A DNA stretch of 64,000 bases from a virus (IMGVR_UViG_3300021400_000034:128001-192000); one strand, 5' to 3'; positions 43,955-55,024 are shown, counted from the first letter of the stretch. Made by a program: numbers and translations. Notes: generated by a model not told the origin, from the letters alone.

Positions 43955-45271
43955 ATGGCAAAGAAAAAAGACAAGAAAGCAAAAGACATCGGCGCTACCG
44001 CAGCGACTAACGACTTCGGCACTGGCGCTAAGTCATTCACGAAGGCAGACGAGATCATCCGCGAGATCAAGAAAGACAAAGAGCTCAACAAGCTCGTCAT
44101 CGATCCCGAGACGATCAAGTACGAGTGGCTGAACACGAACGTGATCTCCCTCAACCTCGTCTTCTCCGGAAAGATCCGTGGCGGCATCAAGAAGGGCGCC
44201 ATCACGTCGATGGCTGCAGACTCTCAGCTCGGTAAGTCACTCATCGGCTACAACCTGCTCCAGTGCGCATACCGCTCGGGCATGGCCTGCGTCGTGATCG
44301 ACACTGAACACGCTATCAACCTCGAACTCTTGAAGCAGCTCGGCATCGATCTCTCCAAGATCGTCATCTACCAGACCTCCAAGATCAATGAGCTCAAGCA
44401 GATCTTCGCCCGCATCAACAAAGGCAAGACTCGTGAAGAGTCTCTCAACACCTTCGTCCTGATGGACTCCTGGGGTCCGATCGTTGAAGTTCAGGTTCTC
44501 GACAAGGCTGAAGAAGCTTCCTCCGCTAGAAACATGTCAGCTGCTGTCTACAAGAACGAGCTCGCTAACATCATCAACGCATGCGGCAACACTACGTTCG
44601 TGATCAACCACGTCTACGCTTCTCTCGAGCAGTACGGCGAGAAGGTCAAGATTCCAGGCGGCAAGAGACTGTTCTTCAACTCTGACTCTATCGGCTTGGC
44701 TTCTTCCGCTGCCAAGTACAAAGACGCTCAGGACAACATTCTCGGAAAGGTGGTCACGGTCGGCGTGAAGAAAGGTCGTGGCGCTAAGGAATTCCTCAAG
44801 ACCAAGTACCTCATCCGTCATGACGGCGGTCTTGATCCGTTCTTCGGTCTTCTCGACGACTCCATCGAAGCTGAAGTCGTATTCAAGCCGAAGCCGGGCT
44901 ACTACGCTAGAACCGACTACGACGTCGACAAGGAGACTGGAGAAGTCAAGAAGATGTGGAAGGAGTCTGAGCTCTACTGCGCTGCATTCTGGGTTCCGCT
45001 CTACCGCGACAAGAAGTTCGTAGACTTCTGCGAAGACAAGTACAGCTTCGTCAACGCCAAGCTCATCTCGTCAAGCGTGGACGTCATGGACCTCATCGAC
45101 AACGCTACAGACTTCGACGACACTTCAGTGCCAGTCATCTCTGCCGACGATGAAGAGGCTCAGTTCCAGGCCGAGTACGGCGACGACAAGGAAGACCTTG
45201 AACTCGATGCAAGCGGCATCTTCCAGAAATACAGCCAGGAAGAGATCGAAGCCGCAACTGACGAGGACTAG
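43955..45271 (+). CDS. uvsX: UvsX/RecA-like recombinase
   Basis: ADSQLGKS, IDTE, MDSWG, INHVY, PGG. Confidence 0.85.
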   Translation: MAKKKDKKAKDIGATAATNDFGTGAKSFTKADEIIREIKKDKELNKLVIDPETIKYEWLNTNVISLNLVFSGKIRGGIKKGAITSMAADSQLGKSLIGYNLLQCAYRSGMACVVIDTEHAINLELLKQLGIDLSKIVIYQTSKINELKQIFARINKGKTREESLNTFVLMDSWGPIVEVQVLDKAEEASSARNMSAAVYKNELANIINACGNTTFVINHVYASLEQYGEKVKIPGGKRLFFNSDSIGLASSAAKYKDAQDNILGKVVTVGVKKGRGAKEFLKTKYLIRHDGGLDPFFGLLDDSIEAEVVFKPKPGYYARTDYDVDKETGEVKKMWKESELYCAAFWVPLYRDKKFVDFCEDKYSFVNAKLISSSVDVMDLIDNATDFDDTSVPVISADDEEAQFQAEYGDDKEDLELDASGIFQKYSQEEIEAATDED

Positions 45272-45336
45272 TTTCCTTCTCAATCGGGACTGGAGTCCAA
45301 TTCTAGGCTCCAGTCCTTTTTCTATTTTAGCTAAGT

Positions 45337-46815
45337 ATGGTAAACGTTCAATTTCCGCATTTGATCCTAAAGACGCTCTACGTCAATCAGAGCGTTCGCA
45401 ATCGTGTAACCCCTTATCTCTCAGCTGACTGGTTCAGAGAGAATCAGAACATCAGCACAATCATAACTAAGATCTTAGAATACATGGAAAAGTTCGGCCA
45501 GTTCCCGACCGTCATCGAGTCGAGAATGATGCTCCGGACTGACGCTAGCATCCTAGAAGAGTTCGACGCTGCTATGGGAATTCCTGAAGAGGAAGCCTGC
45601 ACTGAGTTCATCCTGCAGGACATCGAGCAGTTTATTCGTCAGAAGCTCCTCTATGACGCTACAGTGAAGATTCAAGAGGCTCTGTTCTCTCACAGCGAGC
45701 CGACCAGCGACGAAGGATCGTTCGCACAGATGGTCGCAGACGCAGAGTCTTTCACGTTCGACACAGACATCGGATTCGACCTAGTAGACGATCTAGACCA
45801 AGTATACGAAGAGATGATCACAGCCGTGAGCATCATTCCTTCGGGAATCAAAGAGATAGACACTCTGCTCAACGGTGGTGTTCCCGACAAGGTGATGATC
45901 GGCATCATGGCTCCGACGAACGTCGGCAAGACTCTAATCATGTCTGCCTTGGCGTCGAACATGCTCACACAGGGACACAACGTTCTGTACATCACCTTCG
46001 AAGACTCTAAGACGAAGATCGCTACGAGAATGATGCAGAACCTGTGCGACATATCGCAAGAGCAGCTCAAGATGCTCAACCGGAACTCGTTCATCGCTCT
46101 CAAGGACATGATGAAGAAGAAGTCTTCACAGCACTTGAAGATCGCCGAAATGGAAGAGTGCACGGTCAACGCTATGAGAATCCGCACTCTCTTGAAGGAT
46201 CTCAAAGAGAAGAAGCACTTCGAGCCAGAGATCATATTCATCGACTACATCGGATGCATGATTCCGAACGGAAGGCCTAACCCGAACCTCAACTCTAACA
46301 CTATCCTGCAGAAGGTAGCAGCCGAGACTAGAGGCTCGATCTGCATGAAGCTGGGCATTCCTATCGTGACTGCTCTTCAGACGAACAGAGGCGGCTATGG
46401 AAGCGCTTCTGTCGATCTGAACGACGTCGCTGACTCTTACGGATCTACGATGAAGCTAGACGCTATCCTAGCTGTGACCCAAGACCAGACGATGCTGCAG
46501 AACGGCATGTACAAGATCAAGGTCGCGAAGACGAGAATCAAGAACAACAAGGGAACTGAAGTCATGATCGGCGTGAGCATCGACAAGCAGCAGATCTATG
46601 ACCTCAACGGCAGCACTCCGTCCGTAGGATCGACTCCAGTGGCTCCAGCAGCTACTCCTAGCCTGACGGACACGGCGACCATCACCGTTCCTACGACTCC
46701 GTCATCTGGAGCTCCGACTCACGCCGTAGAGATTGAACCGAACAAGGACGTAGCAGAGAACGCATACGTCGCTAGCGCAAAAGTTGACCTGGACAAGATA
46801 AATGCGATACTGTAG
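45337..46815 (+). CDS. Replicative helicase (gp41/DnaB-like)
   Basis: APTNVGKT, YITFE, IDYI, TA.QTNR.G, ADS. Confidence 0.9.
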   Translation: MVNVQFPHLILKTLYVNQSVRNRVTPYLSADWFRENQNISTIITKILEYMEKFGQFPTVIESRMMLRTDASILEEFDAAMGIPEEEACTEFILQDIEQFIRQKLLYDATVKIQEALFSHSEPTSDEGSFAQMVADAESFTFDTDIGFDLVDDLDQVYEEMITAVSIIPSGIKEIDTLLNGGVPDKVMIGIMAPTNVGKTLIMSALASNMLTQGHNVLYITFEDSKTKIATRMMQNLCDISQEQLKMLNRNSFIALKDMMKKKSSQHLKIAEMEECTVNAMRIRTLLKDLKEKKHFEPEIIFIDYIGCMIPNGRPNPNLNSNTILQKVAAETRGSICMKLGIPIVTALQTNRGGYGSASVDLNDVADSYGSTMKLDAILAVTQDQTMLQNGMYKIKVAKTRIKNNKGTEVMIGVSIDKQQIYDLNGSTPSVGSTPVAPAATPSLTDTATITVPTTPSSGAPTHAVEIEPNKDVAENAYVASAKVDLDKINAIL

Positions 46816-46824
46816 GAGTAAGAT

Positions 46825-47202
46825 ATGCTAGTGGACAGCGACTACCGGATAGAGAGCTTGGAGAAGGACTCCGCTAAGAAGGAGTTCTTCGAGCTCATGA
46901 AGAAGAGAGGATACGACATGTACGACATCGACGAGAATTCCCGTCTACCCAAGTGTCTGCTTCCGATCATTCAGAAGAAGGATCTGAACTCCTTCATTCT
47001 GTTCAACAACATGCTAGAGAAAGTGCATCTATGCGACGACGTGAGCGTGATCGACATGTGCACCTACCTCATCGAAGACTTCTTCGAGCCCGAGCAGCTT
47101 CTCACGCTGTTGCAGACTAACCTCTATGACGCGCTCCGTCTAGAGCTCAAGAAGAAGAACGGGCAAGTAGCCGAGAGATTCAGCAAGTTCCTGATCAAAT
47201 GA
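46825..47202 (+). CDS. Possible late-transcription coactivator (gp33-like)
   Basis: Helical pattern and position upstream of gp32. Confidence 0.35.
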   Translation: MLVDSDYRIESLEKDSAKKEFFELMKKRGYDMYDIDENSRLPKCLLPIIQKKDLNSFILFNNMLEKVHLCDDVSVIDMCTYLIEDFFEPEQLLTLLQTNLYDALRLELKKKNGQVAERFSKFLIK

Positions 47203-47900
47203 TAAAGAAGAGCGAAATATACTGCATCCTGTATCTCTTGAACAAAGAGGTTCACAAGCCCGGAAAGAGCGTCAGCTACGCTAACGCGTTCAATCCTATC
47301 TGCTGGGATGTCGCTATGGACGAGATGGAAGCCGCTAGAGCTTTCGGAAAGAACGAGAACATCGACCGCATCGGAATGGACCGCTGCGTCAAGGCTGCGA
47401 ACGCTCTAGAGTGCGGCCAGACGAACCTAGACACGCTCAAAGTCTATTTCCTCGGGGAATACATCAGAAAGAATCACGGCTGCTTCTTGAAGCGCAAGAA
47501 GGACGGTTCTATACAAGAGAGAAAGTCAAAGAAGTCTGACAAGACGAAGAAGATGTACAACGCAGTGGACGTCAAGGCGCTAGGAAATCTCGAAGGCATA
47601 GACTTCTACAAGCCAGAGAATCTTAAAGGACAGTTCGATACGCTACGCGAGGAAGCTGGAAAGACTGCGTCCCTTATAAACCTACGGCCTGACCAGACAA
47701 ACGGCTTATACGACCTCGTCTGCGCAGGCAAGATAGGGATCCACATCTACCTGCAGCTTTGGAGAAACAACGAGGGGTTCGGGATCGACCTGAGCAAGAA
47801 GAGCGTAAACGACGAGTACAGGAAGTTCGTCAAGATGGTGATGTTCTTGGACCACGACGGCGTCCAGCTGGAGAACGTCTGGTGCCACGACAAAGCGTGA
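47199..47900 (+). CDS. Hypothetical protein (gp59 position)
   Basis: ORF; synteny only. Confidence 0.55.
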   Translation: MIKKSEIYCILYLLNKEVHKPGKSVSYANAFNPICWDVAMDEMEAARAFGKNENIDRIGMDRCVKAANALECGQTNLDTLKVYFLGEYIRKNHGCFLKRKKDGSIQERKSKKSDKTKKMYNAVDVKALGNLEGIDFYKPENLKGQFDTLREEAGKTASLINLRPDQTNGLYDLVCAGKIGIHIYLQLWRNNEGFGIDLSKKSVNDEYRKFVKMVMFLDHDGVQLENVWCHDKA

Positions 47901-47968
47901 GAGAAATTTGCGAGTCAAAAAATTTCCTATATATAAACTAGATCCGCTGGAAAATATCCAGTGAGACG

Positions 47969-48001
47969 AAAGGAACAATAAAGGAACAATAAAGGTACAA
48001 T
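47969..48001 (+). repeat. 3x 11-nt tandem repeat AAAGG(A/T)ACAAT over the gp32 RBS
   Basis: Direct reading. Confidence 0.8.
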
Positions 48002-48932
48002 GATGATTGAAAGAAAATTCGACAATTACTTCGAACAGATCAAAGAGGTGGCTGCCAAGAAGAGTGGAAGCTCGTTTTCTATTGAAAACGAATTCGTCCC
48101 TGTGATGGTCAATGGCGAGTGCGAAGTCGTGATGCGACTCCTCCCTCAGCCGAGCACGGAAGCTGCACCGTTCGTCGAGAACAGAACGCACTCGTTCAAG
48201 GGCTCTGACGGCAAGTGGCACGTGGTTGACTGTCTCCGCAAGTCCGGCAGCAAGTGCCCGATCTGCGAATGGAACTCAGCCGTGTTCAAGGCATTCCCGA
48301 AAGAGAAGGCTAAGGACATCTGCAAGAAGAAAGCTAAGAGGTCGTTCATCTCCAACGTCTACATCGTGAAGAACACTGCTGCACCGAACACGGAAGGCAA
48401 AGTCTACCGCTTCAAGTACGGCATCCAGATCATGGAGAAGATTCTCGCCAAGATGTCTGACAAGGAAGATCCGGACAAGGGTTTCATCAAGGGAGTCAAC
48501 GTCTTCGACTACTACAACGGCGCTAACCTGATCTTCAAGGCTAAGGACGGCAACTTCGGCCCGAACCCTGAGGCATCATACTTCGGCGACGCAAAGCCGA
48601 TCAGCGACAAGAACAACGTTCCGCTGACTGATGAAGAGATCAAGGCAATCGACGACAGCCTCTACACGCTGAAGGACTGCGAGAAGGACACCTCTAACGA
48701 GACCTTCGAAAGCGTTCTCAACTTGTACGAGAAGTTCGTTGAAGGCGAAAAGCTCTTCGTCCGTGGCAAGGACGCTGAAGGCAAGACGACTTACGATCCG
48801 ATCATTCCGGGCGTGGCCGCAGGCAACACTGCTGCTCTGAACGACGCTGTCCGCAGCGAGTTCGACGTGGAAGAGCCGGATGTCCGTCCGACTGCCGAAG
48901 CTAGCGAAGATTTCTTCGACACCTTGAAGTAA
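48000..48932 (+). CDS. Single-stranded DNA-binding protein (gp32)
   Basis: R.LP, H.F, C...CPICE.N, N.YIVK, EGKV..F.YG, GAN, acidic tail. Confidence 0.9.
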   Translation: MMIERKFDNYFEQIKEVAAKKSGSSFSIENEFVPVMVNGECEVVMRLLPQPSTEAAPFVENRTHSFKGSDGKWHVVDCLRKSGSKCPICEWNSAVFKAFPKEKAKDICKKKAKRSFISNVYIVKNTAAPNTEGKVYRFKYGIQIMEKILAKMSDKEDPDKGFIKGVNVFDYYNGANLIFKAKDGNFGPNPEASYFGDAKPISDKNNVPLTDEEIKAIDDSLYTLKDCEKDTSNETFESVLNLYEKFVEGEKLFVRGKDAEGKTTYDPIIPGVAAGNTAALNDAVRSEFDVEEPDVRPTAEASEDFFDTLK

Positions 48933-49100
48933 AGAGACTGGTTGGGCCGACGAAACTGATAATCGTCCTTTTACTCCTATTTTTAGTCGACCCACGAAGT
49001 AAACCTAGGCCACGGGAAGTCAAATTTCCGTGGCCTTTCCTATTTACGAAATCCGAGAATTTTCTTATATTGTATATGAACTAGCAATAGAGGAGCCATA

Positions 49101-49994
49101 ATGGACCTTAGAGATCGAAACCTCAGAATCCTCAACTTCACATCATGGAGCATGAACGGAGCAGTGGCGTCAATCATTCTCAAAGCATACTACCCTAGGT
49201 GCAAGACGATATTCACGTCATACCGCACTCAGGAAAACGTGGTCAAGATGATGCTGACGGAGAAGAACTACGACGTCGTGATCTTCACGAACTTCGCTCC
49301 GACCGTCAACCGCGACTTCTACCTCCGCTCAGAGAAGCCTATCGTGATCTTCGACCATCACGAGAATGCGCTCTGGTGGAAGAGCAAGAACAATCCCGAC
49401 TTCCACGTCAATCAGGAATATTCTGGCGCTATGATGGTCTACATGTTCTACAAGCGATGGATGGCCGACATCGAACGCTATCAGGAACAGGCTTATCTGG
49501 CAGACGACTTCGAGCTGTGGAAGCTAAAGGACGCACGCTCGTTCCACTTCAACACGCTGTTCTGGAAGTCCGAGAGCGTCTATGACTTCATCAAGCGCTG
49601 GGCTGCTGGCGGTCCGCTCGCTCTCACTCAGGCCGAGAAAGATATGCTCACTGAGCACGTTCGCGACTGGAAGCTCTACTACGAGTCTCTCGCTCAGCTC
49701 AGTCTGGAGTTCAACGGAAGGTTCATCACTACGAACGACTATCACGCCGAGATCAGCAAGCAGATGGACATCGAAGGAGTCAACTACTTCATGATCTACC
49801 ATCCGAAGTCCAACTACGTGACTTTCCGCTCTTGCAACGCGCTCATCGACTGCAAGGAGATTCTCGGCAGCATGCAAGTCTACACCGCTTCGACTGGAGT
49901 CGGCGTCGTCCCGTGCAAGAACGTCGAAGAGGCTAAGAAGATCTGCAAGGACATCGAAAAGGCTATCCTCACACACATACCAAAAGGTGCTTAA
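49101..49994 (+). CDS. DHH-family phosphoesterase-like protein
   Basis: FDHH, SGA, D.ELW. Confidence 0.65.
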   Translation: MDLRDRNLRILNFTSWSMNGAVASIILKAYYPRCKTIFTSYRTQENVVKMMLTEKNYDVVIFTNFAPTVNRDFYLRSEKPIVIFDHHENALWWKSKNNPDFHVNQEYSGAMMVYMFYKRWMADIERYQEQAYLADDFELWKLKDARSFHFNTLFWKSESVYDFIKRWAAGGPLALTQAEKDMLTEHVRDWKLYYESLAQLSLEFNGRFITTNDYHAEISKQMDIEGVNYFMIYHPKSNYVTFRSCNALIDCKEILGSMQVYTASTGVGVVPCKNVEEAKKICKDIEKAILTHIPKGA

Positions 49995-50352
49995 CATGGC
50001 TAAGAAGAAAGCTGTCAAGTATATGGCTGACGAAGAGGTTCAGAAGGACGAGTTCGTCAAAGAAGTTTATGACCTCATCTCTGAGAAATACTACAAGTAC
50101 AAGAAGGTCACTCGCGAGAACGCGATCAAGTACTTCACGGCTCAGTGCAAGAAGCTCAGAAAAGTCGTCGAGAAGCGTGGCAACATACACGCTTCTATCG
50201 CTCTGACTGAGATGCCGAACAAAGGAATGGTTCAGATCATCGTAGCTTGGCACACTGATGAAGAGATGGCGAGATCATACTACTTCGTTCACGCTACTAG
50301 CTATATTCCAGGAGACATAGGTCCAGACTGCAGAAAGCTCGGTGAATTCTAA
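49987..50352 (+). CDS. Hypothetical protein
   Basis: ORF. Confidence 0.6.
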   Translation: MLNMAKKKAVKYMADEEVQKDEFVKEVYDLISEKYYKYKKVTRENAIKYFTAQCKKLRKVVEKRGNIHASIALTEMPNKGMVQIIVAWHTDEEMARSYYFVHATSYIPGDIGPDCRKLGEF

Positions 50353-51449
50353 TGACCCAAGTAGACGATCAGACTAAGACGTACATCCTAGAGAAGTATA
50401 TCCGCAGGGCTGTCGACGGAGTCAAGCACCGTGGAAGAGGACACGAGATCAAAGTCAACTGTCCGTTCTGCGGCGACAAAGAGATGAAAGGAACTCTGTG
50501 GCTGACGAACACGTACCGCTGGTGCTACACTTGCTGGCGTGCTTCATGCCGTTGCGCTGATCACGGCATTCTCGCTACTAAGTGGCTGAAGGAAGTCAAT
50601 CCTTCGCTGCATCAAGAGTATCTAGACGAGATCAAGTCTTACGGCAAGAAAGACAAGAAAGAGACAGACGCATTGAAGATGCTCATCGAGCGCCAGCGTG
50701 AAGATGACGCGATCAAGCAGAAGAAGATGCTAGAGAGCGACATGGAGAAAGACAAGCAGGCAACGAAGTTCTTCAAGAAGATCACGAAGCCTGGTCAGTT
50801 TCAGCAAGCCGCTGTCGAGTTCTGCAAGAAGCGCATGATACCTGAGGAAGTGTGGAAGAAGTTCTACTACTGCGACGAGGGAAAGTATCATGGACGAGTG
50901 ATTATTCCGTTCTACGACAAAGACGGCAAGATCGTGTTCTTCCAAGGACGAACCCTAGACGGTAGCAAAGCCAAGTACATGTCGAGAGTCGGACACACCG
51001 CTCTCTACAACTGGGACTTCATCGACAAAAACAAGGCGATCGCAGTTCTCGAAGGACCGATAAACGCCATGTTCGTAGAGAATGGAACCGCTACGGTCGG
51101 CGCTGGATCGTCTGGCGGACTTGACGACCAGCTGAAGGATCTAGACTGCTGGTACATCTTCGACAACGATGACGCTGGAAGGAAGCACGCTTACAAGAAG
51201 GTACAGGAAGGAAAGCCAGTCTTCATGTGGAACACCTTCATATTCTCTTACAATCTTCCGAGAGACATAAACGACATCAACGACGCGATAATGTACTTGA
51301 AGAGGACGAAGAAGTTCACAATCAAAGAGCTGCAGCACTGCTTCACTCGATACGTAGAGCAGTACAAAGCGCTAGAGCTCGCAAAGGTGAAGATGAAGCC
51401 TATCAAACCGAACGACAACGCCGAGACCGAAGAGGACGGCATAGACTAA
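50352..51449 (+). CDS. DNA primase (gp61-like)
   Basis: CPFCGD Zn finger, IIPF...FQGR, EGP, FDND. Confidence 0.9.
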   Translation: MTQVDDQTKTYILEKYIRRAVDGVKHRGRGHEIKVNCPFCGDKEMKGTLWLTNTYRWCYTCWRASCRCADHGILATKWLKEVNPSLHQEYLDEIKSYGKKDKKETDALKMLIERQREDDAIKQKKMLESDMEKDKQATKFFKKITKPGQFQQAAVEFCKKRMIPEEVWKKFYYCDEGKYHGRVIIPFYDKDGKIVFFQGRTLDGSKAKYMSRVGHTALYNWDFIDKNKAIAVLEGPINAMFVENGTATVGAGSSGGLDDQLKDLDCWYIFDNDDAGRKHAYKKVQEGKPVFMWNTFIFSYNLPRDINDINDAIMYLKRTKKFTIKELQHCFTRYVEQYKALELAKVKMKPIKPNDNAETEEDGID

Positions 51450-51460
51450 AGGAGAAGAAG

Positions 51461-51673
51461 ATGAACACCGACATCTACTGCGAAATCGACCAGAACCTCG
51501 TTGAAGAGATCTGCGTGCTGAAAGCCAAGAACTGCGATCTGGATCCAAATCCGAAGAGTCCGTTCGCTAAGTGGCTCAACAAGACGAAGAAGTGGCGTGA
51601 GAAGTGCATGAAGCGCATGCAGGAGAAGCCTTGGTCGGCTAAGAAAGACGTCTGGATCGCTCCTATCAAATAA
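51461..51673 (+). CDS. Hypothetical protein
   Basis: AAGGAG SD before ATG 51461. Confidence 0.55.
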   Translation: MNTDIYCEIDQNLVEEICVLKAKNCDLDPNPKSPFAKWLNKTKKWREKCMKRMQEKPWSAKKDVWIAPIK

Positions 51674-51759
51674 ATTGAGATTTTCTTGATTTTGAGGTTT
51701 AGATTTCTCTGGTATTTTCTTATATTTACTATGTAAGAAACAATAACAAGGAGCTACTC

Positions 51760-52023
51760 ATGGCAAACATCGTCCTCGTCAAGAACCTCACCGCCGAAAA
51801 GACTATCAAGGAGCTCTTTAAGGCTGGTCTCTGCAGCAACGCTCAACTTCTTCCGATGGTAAAAGACGGCGTCATCGGGTTCGCTCCTACTAAGGGGTTC
51901 GCCGAGTTCCTGAAGCGCTGCGAAGAGTGGAGGATGCATGGTGAGTCCAAGACTACAGTCGACTGCGACGTCGCTCTCGGCAATCCTTCTGTCGAATATC
52001 GACACATCGAAATGGCCTTCTAA
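51760..52023 (+). CDS. Hypothetical early protein
   Basis: Early promoter 51698, AAGGAG SD. Confidence 0.7.
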   Translation: MANIVLVKNLTAEKTIKELFKAGLCSNAQLLPMVKDGVIGFAPTKGFAEFLKRCEEWRMHGESKTTVDCDVALGNPSVEYRHIEMAF

Positions 52024-52097
52024 TAAGTTTTCTCAACCCCGCACGAGACCCGAGCTACACCCTTTGCTCGGGTCTTATTTTTGTTGATAAATACTTT

Positions 52098-52640
52098 ATG
52101 TCTACCTTTGCGAAGAACTACTATCAGGGAACTTTCGTTCCAAAGCATCCGGAGAAGTGTCTCAACTACAACGGGAAGCTCTATCCCGACAAAGTTCTTC
52201 CTATAACTTACCGAAGCTCATGGGAGCAGATCTTGTGCAACTTCTGCGACATGGAAGTGTATGTGCTAGCTTGGGGCTCTGAGGTCGTCGAGATTCCATA
52301 CTACTCACAGATCGATCAGAAGACACACCGCTACGTTCTAGACTTTCTCATCATACTGAGGAACAAGCGTGGAGAACTGAAGAAGTGGGCTGTCGAAGTG
52401 AAGCCAGACAATCAGGCAGCTTATCTGGACAAGATGGGCAACGTGATCTACCCGCCAGCGCCGAAGAGAAAGACTCAGAAGGCGATGGCTAGATGGCAAG
52501 AGAAGTGCCGGGTCATCAGGAGAAACGCTGAGAAGTGGGACGCCGCGAAGGAATGGGCGAAGCGCCGTGGGTTCGAATTCTGTGTAAAGACAGAGAAAGA
52601 GATCTTCGGACTAGCTGGCGAGCACAGGGGCGATGTATAA
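52098..52640 (+). CDS. Head completion nuclease (gp4-like)
   Basis: YRSSWE, W.SE..IPY, HRY..DF, EVKP, KW.AA. Confidence 0.88.
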   Translation: MSTFAKNYYQGTFVPKHPEKCLNYNGKLYPDKVLPITYRSSWEQILCNFCDMEVYVLAWGSEVVEIPYYSQIDQKTHRYVLDFLIILRNKRGELKKWAVEVKPDNQAAYLDKMGNVIYPPAPKRKTQKAMARWQEKCRVIRRNAEKWDAAKEWAKRRGFEFCVKTEKEIFGLAGEHRGDV

Positions 52641-52647
52641 ATAATCT

Positions 52648-54258
52648 ATGAACCTTAACTTTCTAAACTTTCTAAGCAGCAACTTTCTCAAGAACGAAGA
52701 GGACGCACAGACCCTTCGTGAGCTTGAGGCTAGAAACAACTCAATCGGTCTAGACGAAGACCAGACGAACTGGGCATCCATTGGCGGCGGCTGGGGAATG
52801 ACTAACGGCGACGCAGTCAACCCAGACCAGCAGTCGATCCTGTTCGATTCAGTCTTCGAGAACAAGAAGCAGAGAATCGCTTTCTACCGCAGCATGTACA
52901 ACTATCCTCTCGTCAAGAAGGCCGTCACTATGATGGTCGACGAGATGTGCAAGCCTAACGCCGAGAACGAGGTCGCTAGCTTCAACATAAACAAAGCTTT
53001 CTCCGCACAGTTCAACTCGACAGAGTATGCGTCACTCAAGAAGGAGTTCGACTACGTCATGAACTGCGTCATCGGTCAAGACAACGTCCACGACATGCTG
53101 AGACGTTGGCTCGTTGACGGCGAACAGTTCGTCGAGAACTGCGCATCCGACGACGGAAAGAAGCTAGTCGGCATCAAGGTCCTTCCTGCGTACTGCTCTC
53201 TAGTCATCTACGAAGAGGGCAAGGCTACTGGCTACATTCAGGATCCTAGAATGATCGACCTGAACTCGACTGGCGAGATCAAGAAGTTCACGCTCGACCA
53301 GATCTCTTACTCGGACTACGGCCAGTGGGGCGCTAACCGAAACGACGTGAGAGGACATCTTGATCCAGCTATCCGTCCGCTCAACCAGCTGAGAGCCATC
53401 GAGGACGCCCTCACGGTTACGAGAATCAACAGAGCTCCTGAGCGCAGACTCTGGAACGTCTACATCGGCAGAGCTAACGACGCTAAGGCTACTGCGATGG
53501 TCAACGACATCAAGAACAAGTACCGCAAGACCATGACGATCGACCCGATAACGGGAATGATCCAGAGCTCCAAGAACGTTCAGAGCTTCACCGAAGACAT
53601 CTTCGTCGGAAAGACAGACCAAGGCAACGGCACTACGATCGAGCCGATCAAGTCCTCGACCGAGTTCAACGGACAGATGGACGACGTGAAAATGTTCCAG
53701 CAGCAAGTCATGGACGCTCTTCTCACACCTTCGATCCGCTGGGCGGAAGGAGAAGGCGGTGGCGGTCAGTACGCTGTCGCTCCCGAGCAGCAGCTCTCTG
53801 AGATCACTTACCAGGAGATGTGCCGCAGACTCGGACAGAGATACTGCAACCAGATCATCAAGCACACTTTCATAGTCCACCTCAAGATGTGCGGATTCAA
53901 GACTAAGTACTTGGATCCAGCTCTATACAACATCACCCTCAACGGCGCAAACAACTTCGAGAAGATCAGGCAGTTAGCCGTATGGGAGAAGATGGGTGGA
54001 ATCTTGGGTCAGCTCCAGACGATGCTTCCGTCTCTGGCTAACGCTAAGGCTGACTCCGAAGAAGCTAAGCCGCTCATCTCTCGCCAGTATCTCTACGAGA
54101 ACATTCTGCACATGAGCGACGCCGACATACTGAAGAATCAGCAGTGCATCAAGGAAGAGTGCGAAGCTCTCCTAGAAGATGCAAAGGCTGCACAAGAAGA
54201 AGCTGCACCTGAAGACCAGGATGAAGATCTAGAAGGCGGAGATGACATAGGGTTCTAA
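52648..54258 (+). CDS. Portal protein (gp20)
   Basis: W.VDG, AI.P.NQL..IED....RI.RAPERR, ED.F. Confidence 0.9.
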   Translation: MNLNFLNFLSSNFLKNEEDAQTLRELEARNNSIGLDEDQTNWASIGGGWGMTNGDAVNPDQQSILFDSVFENKKQRIAFYRSMYNYPLVKKAVTMMVDEMCKPNAENEVASFNINKAFSAQFNSTEYASLKKEFDYVMNCVIGQDNVHDMLRRWLVDGEQFVENCASDDGKKLVGIKVLPAYCSLVIYEEGKATGYIQDPRMIDLNSTGEIKKFTLDQISYSDYGQWGANRNDVRGHLDPAIRPLNQLRAIEDALTVTRINRAPERRLWNVYIGRANDAKATAMVNDIKNKYRKTMTIDPITGMIQSSKNVQSFTEDIFVGKTDQGNGTTIEPIKSSTEFNGQMDDVKMFQQQVMDALLTPSIRWAEGEGGGGQYAVAPEQQLSEITYQEMCRRLGQRYCNQIIKHTFIVHLKMCGFKTKYLDPALYNITLNGANNFEKIRQLAVWEKMGGILGQLQTMLPSLANAKADSEEAKPLISRQYLYENILHMSDADILKNQQCIKEECEALLEDAKAAQEEAAPEDQDEDLEGGDDIGF

Positions 54259-54280
54259 AGTTTCGTGATAGGAGGTTTCC

Positions 54281-55024
54281 GTGAAGTACTCGCTAGCTGA
54301 CTGCAACATGTTGTACAAGTTCTTCAACAAGGACTTCTTTCAGGAAGAACTAGGACAGAAGCTCGGACGCTGCAAGATCTTCACGGACGTCGGCGAAGCG
54401 GTTCAGGCATTCGGAAACGAAGATTACGATTCGCTGAGCGGAATCTCTAAGTATGACAACGGAAAGTCGTGGATCTGGATCAATAAGTATCTCTTAGAAA
54501 ACAAGAAGCTTCTCTCCAACACGATCCTTCACGAGATGATCCATCTCTACGTTGCTATAGTCGATCCAGACACTCGCTACTATCGTCTAGGACACGGCGC
54601 ACTGTGGACCAAGGTCGCCAACTACGCTACTAGCATCTACGGACACAAGATCGGAAAGATCGACAGGTTCGCAGACGAGAGCGAACAAGAGCGCAAGGAG
54701 CACTACAAGCTCATGCACACGACCAAGACCTTGGCTAACACGTTCATCGTGGTGCTGAGGTCTAGAGATCTAGTTCCAGTGAAGGATCTGACGCCAGAGC
54801 AGATCTCTGAGATCCAGAAGACGGACGCTAGAGCTATCTTCAAAGTGAAGCCTACGCTAGAGCAGTCGGCGAAGACGAGAGTGAAGAACTACGCTACCTT
54901 CGACATGCTCATGGACGACATCAAGTACGGAATCTCCTATGACGAAGAGCTCATGTACCAGGAGCTTGACCTGAAGCTCGGGACGGACTCTGAGAGAATA
55001 TGGATAAACCCTAAGAACAAATGA
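54281..55024 (+). CDS. SprT-like zinc metalloprotease
   Basis: LHEMIH...HG..W. Confidence 0.7.
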   Translation: MKYSLADCNMLYKFFNKDFFQEELGQKLGRCKIFTDVGEAVQAFGNEDYDSLSGISKYDNGKSWIWINKYLLENKKLLSNTILHEMIHLYVAIVDPDTRYYRLGHGALWTKVANYATSIYGHKIGKIDRFADESEQERKEHYKLMHTTKTLANTFIVVLRSRDLVPVKDLTPEQISEIQKTDARAIFKVKPTLEQSAKTRVKNYATFDMLMDDIKYGISYDEELMYQELDLKLGTDSERIWINPKNK

